IMG/VR virus record: IMGVR_UViG_3300045180_000051
Source of the DNA: an uncultured virus (IMG/VR IMGVR_UViG_3300045180_000051)
Lineage: Duplodnaviria; Heunggongvirae; Uroviricota; Caudoviricetes
Length of the DNA stretch: 20,000 bases
Strand: one strand, 5' to 3'
The translations under genes and the position numbers were made by a program. Numbering within the stretch: position 1 is the stretch's first letter; every line of letters begins with the position of its first letter. The notes beneath the pieces are model-generated. The model worked only from the letters and a program-made list of their open reading frames with translations, was not told the origin of the DNA and made no database searches. Below, in pieces: positions 15,181-20,000 of this stretch.

Positions 15181-15184
15181 GCAT

Positions 15185-15616
15185 ATGCTTGAAGAAGCAG
15201 AAGACCAAGCCGCACGCGCAGCTGTTGAAGGGCGGCTGTTAAGAACAGGGGTTATAAGGTGCCTGCCAAAACCTTATAACGACAACCGTCAACCACTCTC
15301 CATCATCGAAACACCTTACAGCGGCGACGTGGACGGCAACATAGCATATGCACGAGCGTGCCTCTTAGACAGCCTGCGACGAGGCGAGGCACCGATTGCT
15401 AGCCATTTGCTGCACACGCAAGTGTTGGACGATATGCGGCCCGATGAACGGTCGTTGGGCATTGAGGCCGGTCTTGCCTGGTATCGTGTGGCTACGAAAT
15501 GCGTTGTTTACTCTGATCGTGGTATCAGCGCCGGAATGAAGATGGGCATCGATCGAGCGATGCAGCACGATGTGGCAGTTGAGTACCGAAGCATTGAGAA
15601 TAGGGCAGCGGCATGA
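15185..15616 (+). CDS. Phage protein, DUF4406 / nucleoside deoxyribosyltransferase-like
   Basis: Start reassigned to the ATG at 15185 after GAGGAG; 'IIETPYSGD..N..YARAC..GEAPIASHLL..GISAGM' pattern. Confidence 0.65.
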   Translation: MLEEAEDQAARAAVEGRLLRTGVIRCLPKPYNDNRQPLSIIETPYSGDVDGNIAYARACLLDSLRRGEAPIASHLLHTQVLDDMRPDERSLGIEAGLAWYRVATKCVVYSDRGISAGMKMGIDRAMQHDVAVEYRSIENRAAA

Positions 15617-15810
15617 TGGGCGAAAATATTGCAGCGATTAAACTTGAGCGTCACATCGAGGAGAGAATTGCAGCAGCCGTCCTTGCAGAAAGGCAGCGGT
15701 GTGCTGCGATAGCGATCTGCGTATTCGACGATGAGGATGCGTGGTCGGATATACATAGAATTGCAGGAGGCATTATTGCCGAAGCCATTATTGAAGGAGA
15801 CACAGCATGA
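15613..15810 (+). CDS. Hypothetical phage protein
   Basis: ATGA overlaps at both ends; 'AERQRCAAIA' phage motif. Confidence 0.65.
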   Translation: MMGENIAAIKLERHIEERIAAAVLAERQRCAAIAICVFDDEDAWSDIHRIAGGIIAEAIIEGDTA

Positions 15811-16139
15811 ACCAATTCCATGTTGGGCAAAAAGTGGTCTGCATCGACAGTGCCGTCGGCTTTGAACAGTATCTCGAAATCAAGGAAGGCGAGATTTACG
15901 AGATCTCGTGGATTGGTCCGTTCGAGCATTACACGCAAGGCAGTTTCATCGGCGTACGTCTCAATGGCGTAGATCGCGGAACTTGCCCGCAGTTCGGTTA
16001 TGAAAACCCGCCGTTTGCTGCAAGGCGCTTCCGACCGCTTGTGGAAAATAAGCTGTCAGCATTGCGCGGATTGTTGGCAGGTGGGCCTTTGACTGAGAAG
16101 TTCGAGGAGCCGAAGCGTAAGGTGAGGGAAGAAGTATGA
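15807..16139 (+). CDS. Hypothetical phage protein (SH3-like N-terminus)
   Basis: GAAGGAG RBS; 'FHVGQKVVCID..ARRFRPL'. Confidence 0.7.
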   Translation: MNQFHVGQKVVCIDSAVGFEQYLEIKEGEIYEISWIGPFEHYTQGSFIGVRLNGVDRGTCPQFGYENPPFAARRFRPLVENKLSALRGLLAGGPLTEKFEEPKRKVREEV

Positions 16140-16423
16140 TACGCTATAAAGGACCAGTAACCCGTCTAGGCGACATCACCGTCCACGGCCTTCCTTCAAC
16201 TGTGACCTCCGATGGCGGCTCGACCAGCTATTACGAGTTGCCAGATGGTGCGAGTGAGCTAAACGACCTTATTGAGTACAAAGGCATGTCCTTTGCGCTC
16301 GGCAACATCTTTAAGGCTTGTTATCGTTTTGGCGAGAAGGACGCAGCCAGCCGCCTTTACGATCTGAATAAGATCATATTCTTTGCCGAGAGATTGAAGG
16401 CGATCGAACTGCGCGCGAAGTAA
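16136..16423 (+). CDS. DUF3310-like phage protein
   Basis: 'SDGGSTSYY..DLIE..F.LGNIFKACYR.GEK..YDLNKIIFF'. Confidence 0.65.
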   Translation: MIRYKGPVTRLGDITVHGLPSTVTSDGGSTSYYELPDGASELNDLIEYKGMSFALGNIFKACYRFGEKDAASRLYDLNKIIFFAERLKAIELRAK

Positions 16424-16436
16424 GTCACGACCAGGG

Positions 16437-16513
16437 AAAGCCCCGGCACGAGAGGTGTGATCGGGTTGCCGGGGCTGCGCTTCGCGTGGACCCAGCTTCC
16501 TGTCACGAAGCGC
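16437..16513 (-). ncRNA. Solitary copy of the array-type sRNA unit (unit 8)
   Basis: Stems AGCCCCGGCA(16439-48)/TGCCGGGGCT(16467-76) and GCGCTTCGCG/CACGAAGCGC (16477-16513; G:U on the minus strand). TG-A-TAGAAT extended -10 at 16528-16520. Confidence 0.6.
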
Positions 16514-16593
16514 GGCAAAATTCTATCAAAATGAATTTTCATTGAAAAGTGCATTTTAACTCTGTTGGGTCGCCACAGATGCAATGCCTAGCT

Positions 16594-16621
16594 AAAAATA
16601 AACCCCGCTTTGACGGGTTTT
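16594..16621 (-). terminator. Rho-independent terminator of the small leftward operon
   Basis: Minus strand AAACCCG-TCAAAG-CGGGGTTT followed by ATTTTT, downstream of the stop codon at 16638. Confidence 0.55.
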
Positions 16622-16637
16622 GGTTTGAGGCGTCTTA

Positions 16638-16877
16638 TTATTCCATGTCGGGGATCTCGCCAAACTGGAAAATAATGGCTGGAGGTCCATATTCACCGAT
16701 ATCTGGATCTGCTTCCCGGCTCCAAGCGACAATCCCCGAATGCTTTCCTTCAAGGCTGGTCGCAGCTTTCATTGCACGGCCTTCGGTCTCAAACGACATT
16801 GGATCGAATGCAGGAACGAGCTCACCGTCATCATTCTTATCAAAGGCAGCAACCACGATAAGACGCGCATTAGCCAT
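16638..16877 (-). CDS. Hypothetical protein (79 aa), in a LexA-boxed operon
   Basis: Well-formed ORF MANARLIVVAAFDKNDDGEL...; lies downstream of a LexA box. Confidence 0.7.
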   Translation of the reverse strand: MANARLIVVAAFDKNDDGELVPAFDPMSFETEGRAMKAATSLEGKHSGIVAWSREADPDIGEYGPPAIIFQFGEIPDME

Positions 16878-16882
16878 TCAGG

Positions 16883-17017
16883 TCACTTCCCGTTGGTGTC
16901 TTTGTCGAGATCAGAATTATCGCGGTTCGACGTTCCACCTGCTTTTTTCGAACCTTTGGCTTTACCTGTTTTTGGTTCTACTGGGCGGACAGGGGTGTTC
17001 GTAAACTTAATTGCCAT
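16883..17017 (-). CDS. Small basic, disordered protein (44 aa)
   Basis: Hand translation: MAIKFTNTPVRPVEPKTGKAKGSKKAGGTSNRDNSDLDKDTNGK; sits between the LexA promoter and the 16877 gene. Confidence 0.5.
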   Translation of the reverse strand: MAIKFTNTPVRPVEPKTGKAKGSKKAGGTSNRDNSDLDKDTNGK

Positions 17018-17047
17018 GAGTCTTTCTAATTCGTCTCCGCTTCGGAT

Positions 17048-17082
17048 GTTCCCATAATGTTCTCATTTTGATTGAGAGTCAA
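17048..17082 (-). promoter_or_regulatory. SOS promoter with an alphaproteobacterial LexA box
   Basis: GTTC-CCATAAT-GTTC (17048-62) overlaps the -10 of TTGACT-N17-CATTAT on the minus strand. Confidence 0.8.
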
Positions 17083-17152
17083 TCACCGTTATCATGGTTG
17101 AGGTATATGTGCCTGAGTGACTAATTATTTGCATCGGTTCCTACCGGTGCAG

Positions 17153-17830
17153 TCAAAACAGACTAGTTTGTTCTTCCTTATTGTCATTGCTTGGCGTCAG
17201 GTCGAGCAAGGCCTCATCCGGCAATGGCTTCTGCATTACCTTCGCTTCATCCCATGGCGCACGCAACCACGCGTCAATCTCCTCGGTCGTGCGGAGAATT
17301 ACCGGCATTGCCTTCGGGTGAACTGGCTTTACCACAGCGTTGGGCTCGGTAGTCAGGAAAGCAAAGATATCGACCTCGACGGGGCCTTCTTTCTTCTTCC
17401 TTACACCTTTCCATGTCGTCCAGATGCCAGCAAAGGCAAAGAGCGGCTTTTCTTCGTTTAGAGCGAACCAGTGCAACGGCTTACGTTTCGTCTTTGGATC
17501 TGGCTCTTGTCCATATTCGGAAAATGATGTGGCTGGCACAACGCAGCGGCTTTCAACGCCTTGCCAGCGTCGCCAATGAGGGGAGGTGAGGTTACGAATG
17601 TTTGTTACGCCGCTGTCAGCTTCGCCCTTCACGTACATAGGCGGCGTCGGCATTCCCCACCGAAGATGTGCAAGCTCGTGCTCACCATCTGCCATGTTGC
17701 GCAGGACCGGGGCTGGGTAGTCTGGATAGACATCTAACTGCGGATCAACACGGTTCGTTATATCGCCGAATTTTGGAAACAGACGGCGCATGGCTTCATG
17801 TGTCGTAGTGAGGTTGTAAAGATTGCACAT
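17153..17830 (-). CDS. SRAP/HMCES (YedK-like) abasic-site processing protein
   Basis: N-terminal MCNLY (catalytic Cys2), 'LRWG', 'TNIRN', 'RCVVPATSFSE', 'FAFAGIW' and 'HPKAMPVIL'; AGGAGG RBS. Confidence 0.92.
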   Translation of the reverse strand: MCNLYNLTTTHEAMRRLFPKFGDITNRVDPQLDVYPDYPAPVLRNMADGEHELAHLRWGMPTPPMYVKGEADSGVTNIRNLTSPHWRRWQGVESRCVVPATSFSEYGQEPDPKTKRKPLHWFALNEEKPLFAFAGIWTTWKGVRKKKEGPVEVDIFAFLTTEPNAVVKPVHPKAMPVILRTTEEIDAWLRAPWDEAKVMQKPLPDEALLDLTPSNDNKEEQTSLF

Positions 17831-17865
17831 GCGCTCCTCCTGATCTGATTAGGATAGGGCACCTT

Positions 17866-18048
17866 TCACTTCCGTCCAGCTAGCGCGTCTTCGCCTTGCT
17901 GCTTGTGTTCGTAGCAGAACCACAGCTGCCCAAACTTGGTTTTGTAACCGTAGGTGCCCCAAGCTTCGCATCCGTCCGCGTCACACCAATGCTCAAACCT
18001 TTTACTGCTTGTTCCAGCGACACCGCTTTCAGACTTATATCCGGACAT
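17866..18048 (-). CDS. Small Cys/His putative Zn-binding protein
   Basis: HWCDADGC..WFCYEH; operonic spacing; GAGG RBS. Confidence 0.65.
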   Translation of the reverse strand: MSGYKSESGVAGTSSKRFEHWCDADGCEAWGTYGYKTKFGQLWFCYEHKQQGEDALAGRK

Positions 18049-18050
18049 AT

Positions 18051-18293
18051 TTACCTCGGCGCTCGATAGACTACGAATTCGCTTTCACCCTTCATGGTGC
18101 AATCTTCACAGCGCAGCTTCCATTGATGAGTTTTGAGAAACTCATTGGGTCCGATTTTTCGGCAAATTTCACCAATGTTCAAGTCTCGAACATGACCGCA
18201 TCTAGCGCATAGGCCGCAAAGGACAGCCCAAGGTTCCAAGTCGGCGATGCAAGTGAACTCGCCAATTTTCTCATAAGACGTAGGCCTGGGCAT
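18051..18293 (-). CDS. Small Zn-ribbon protein
   Basis: CARCGH..LRCEDC. Confidence 0.7.
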   Translation of the reverse strand: MPRPTSYEKIGEFTCIADLEPWAVLCGLCARCGHVRDLNIGEICRKIGPNEFLKTHQWKLRCEDCTMKGESEFVVYRAPR

Positions 18294-18298
18294 GCTGA

Positions 18299-18538
18299 TT
18301 ACCGAACGACGATCCGTTCCCAGTTGCCGTCACCAAAAGGCTTGCCACCGTGACGACCCATGAAGACGCTCATGCGCCTTTCTGATGGAAAACTGAACAC
18401 GCAAAAATCCACTCCGGACTTACGCGCCATGCGATGAGGCAGGCGAGCACCAAGCCGGCCGGCATCTCGGTGAACTTCACGTCGAGCGCATTTCAGTGCG
18501 TACGCTTCTGGAAGAGCAACTTGGAATGTTTTCATCAT
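18299..18538 (-). CDS. Hypothetical protein (79 aa)
   Basis: ATGA overlap with the upstream gene; part of the operon. Confidence 0.6.
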   Translation of the reverse strand: MMKTFQVALPEAYALKCARREVHRDAGRLGARLPHRMARKSGVDFCVFSFPSERRMSVFMGRHGGKPFGDGNWERIVVR

Positions 18539-18720
18539 GCGGCCCTCTTGAAAGAACTGCCACGCTGGCCGTGGGTGAGAGCAAGGCGCGAAAGCTCAAT
18601 TTCACGCGCTAGGAAATCTCGGTCTTTTAAAAGCGCTTCAATGGACGCGCGAACGTCGCCCTTGTGGTAGGATAATACCAGATCTATCTCAGCGTCGTAG
18701 TTTCCCGAAACTCCATTCAT
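18535..18720 (-). CDS. Small hypothetical protein (61 aa), first gene of the SOS operon
   Basis: ATG at 18720 after GGAG; 'EIDLVLSYHKGDVRASIEALLKDRDFL'. Confidence 0.65.
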   Translation of the reverse strand: MNGVSGNYDAEIDLVLSYHKGDVRASIEALLKDRDFLAREIELSRLALTHGQRGSSFKRAA

Positions 18721-18754
18721 GGCGCTCTCCATCGTTGAATTGCCACCCGTCAAT

Positions 18755-18789
18755 GTTCTTGTTATGTTCTATTTTTTGTGAGATGTCAA
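18755..18789 (-). promoter_or_regulatory. SOS promoter with an alphaproteobacterial LexA box
   Basis: GTTC-TTGTTAT-GTTC (18755-69) overlaps the -10 of TTGACA-N17-CATAAC on the minus strand. Confidence 0.8.
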
Positions 18790-18803
18790 TAATCCTGGTT
18801 AGA

Positions 18804-18832
18804 TTGCAGCCGTGTGTGCCATGCGGTATCAT
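18804..18832 (+). promoter_or_regulatory. Integrase promoter
   Basis: TTGCAG-N17-TATCAT; predicted +1 near 18838-18839; SD CAGGAG at 18846-51. Confidence 0.6.
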
Positions 18833-18857
18833 GTGACGCGATTATCAGGAGATCATT

Positions 18858-20000
18858 TTGGCTAAAATTAAGAAGCGTTCGTGGGAAAACGCGAGCGGAA
18901 AACACGAAGCGTGGCAGTTAGATTTCACTGACAGGCATGGGAAGCGTCATCGAGAACAGTATGCAAAGAAACGCGAAGCCGAAGCCCGTCTTTCTGACCT
19001 TGTGAGTGCGACAGGTGCCGCGACATACAAAGAAGCAGCTCAAAAGACGACCGTAGCTGACGTATGCGTTGATTACTATGAGGAGATGGAGAAGCGCAAC
19101 AAACGTGGTGAAAGCGTTGTTCAGTCGTATCTCCGCACCACAAAACAGCACATCGATAATTGGATTGATCCAAAAGAGGAAAGCGCTGTCGGCTTCACCA
19201 AAGGAATCGGAACCAAAACACTGTCGGAACTGACGACGGCGGACGTGATAAAGCTTAGGAATGAAATGCGCGATGCTTCAGCCGGAGTTGTCACGACACG
19301 GCGTGTTCTCGGAACGCTGAGTCGTATTCTGAAACATGGCGTTGAGACGGATAAGGTGGGCGTCAATGTCGCAAAAGGTGTTCGAGTTATTGGCAAGCGC
19401 GATGAGGCTGGAGATAAGGTAACACCACCTTCAAAGGTTGATCTCGCTGAGATCCTTAAGAAGGCTGATGACAAATTAGCGCTACGAATCAGGTTCGCTG
19501 CTTCATCAGGCCTGCGAGCTTCTGAGCAATGGGCGCTACGTTGGGTGCATCTCGATCTGAAAAATGGCTTCGTCTCAGTCGAAACGCGCGTGGATGCGTA
19601 CGGTGAATTCGACACGACGAAATCATCTGCTGGTCGTCGCACTGTCCCAATCGGGAAGGCGATGCTTGAGCAGTTAAAATCTTGGAAAGGTGAAACGAAG
19701 CACAGCGCGCCTGACGACTTCGTTTTCACTGACAGCAAGGGCGGCTTTGTACGCCACACCAACTTTATGAAGCGCGATTGGAAACCCACAATTAAGCGCG
19801 CAGAAGTTGAAGATATCGGCTGGCACGCTCTTCGACACTTCGCTATTTCGACTTGGATTGAGGCTGGCCTTACACCCAAAGCTGTGCAGACATTGGCCGG
19901 TCATGCGAGCTATGCCATTACGATGAATCGCTATGGCCATCTCTTCCCCTCAGACGATCATAAAGCCGCGTTCGACAGGATTGCGGAAACACTCGCATGA
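18858..20000 (+). CDS. int: Phage tyrosine integrase
   Basis: 380 aa with a TTG start; arm-binding-like N-terminus; catalytic R (GLRASE), K (TTKS), HxxR (HALRH), H (AGH) and Y (RYGH); stop codon at 19998-20000. Confidence 0.93.
   Translation: MAKIKKRSWENASGKHEAWQLDFTDRHGKRHREQYAKKREAEARLSDLVSATGAATYKEAAQKTTVADVCVDYYEEMEKRNKRGESVVQSYLRTTKQHIDNWIDPKEESAVGFTKGIGTKTLSELTTADVIKLRNEMRDASAGVVTTRRVLGTLSRILKHGVETDKVGVNVAKGVRVIGKRDEAGDKVTPPSKVDLAEILKKADDKLALRIRFAASSGLRASEQWALRWVHLDLKNGFVSVETRVDAYGEFDTTKSSAGRRTVPIGKAMLEQLKSWKGETKHSAPDDFVFTDSKGGFVRHTNFMKRDWKPTIKRAEVEDIGWHALRHFAISTWIEAGLTPKAVQTLAGHASYAITMNRYGHLFPSDDHKAAFDRIAETLA

Larger units (their letters stand above)
1..20000. mobile_element. Temperate phage / prophage segment (tail, lysis, accessory, integrase)
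   Basis: Continuous phage gene content; the att site is expected just beyond the integrase, outside the window. Confidence 0.92.

Noticed and set aside
14927..15184. N-terminal extension of ORF 14927..15616
   Set aside because: It overlaps the minus-strand gene 14842..15078; a strong RBS supports the ATG at 15185.
19121..19879. 252-aa antisense ORF within the integrase, and similar shadow ORFs (e.g. 1652..2083, 16549..17004)
   Set aside because: They lie antisense to or out of frame within well-supported genes and have no recognisable motifs.
19980..20000. att site or tRNA target
   Set aside because: The window ends at the integrase stop codon, so nothing is visible.

Overview
Right-hand part of a temperate, probably siphovirus-like prophage. 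The host is likely an alphaproteobacterium of the Brucella/Ochrobactrum type, inferred from an Omp25/RopB-family gene and GTTC-N7-GTTC LexA boxes. Gene order: tail-tip, fibre and chaperone genes (1-7425); a minus-strand accessory (moron) island (7457-9662); a lysis cassette with a GH19 endolysin and spanins (9704-11700); an AT-rich HNH-like moron; a nin-like rightward operon with two metallophosphoesterases (12590-16423); two LexA-boxed leftward operons, one including SRAP (16638-18720); and a complete tyrosine integrase (18858-20000). The main finding is a non-coding array at about 7598-8392. It holds seven units of roughly 70-115 nt, and an eighth, solitary copy lies at 16437-16513. Read on the minus strand, each unit has a -10-like hexamer, 1-2 stem-loops, a CCCC(A/G)G..C(C/U)GGGG hairpin and a U-tract. 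Stem ends are conserved while loops vary, and many loops are antisense to Shine-Dalgarno or start-codon-like sequences. One loop can pair 13 nt with the prophage integrase leader and SD. This looks like a phage-borne battery of modular antisense sRNAs; that function is an inference. Family assignments come from motif recognition only, and no database searches were run.
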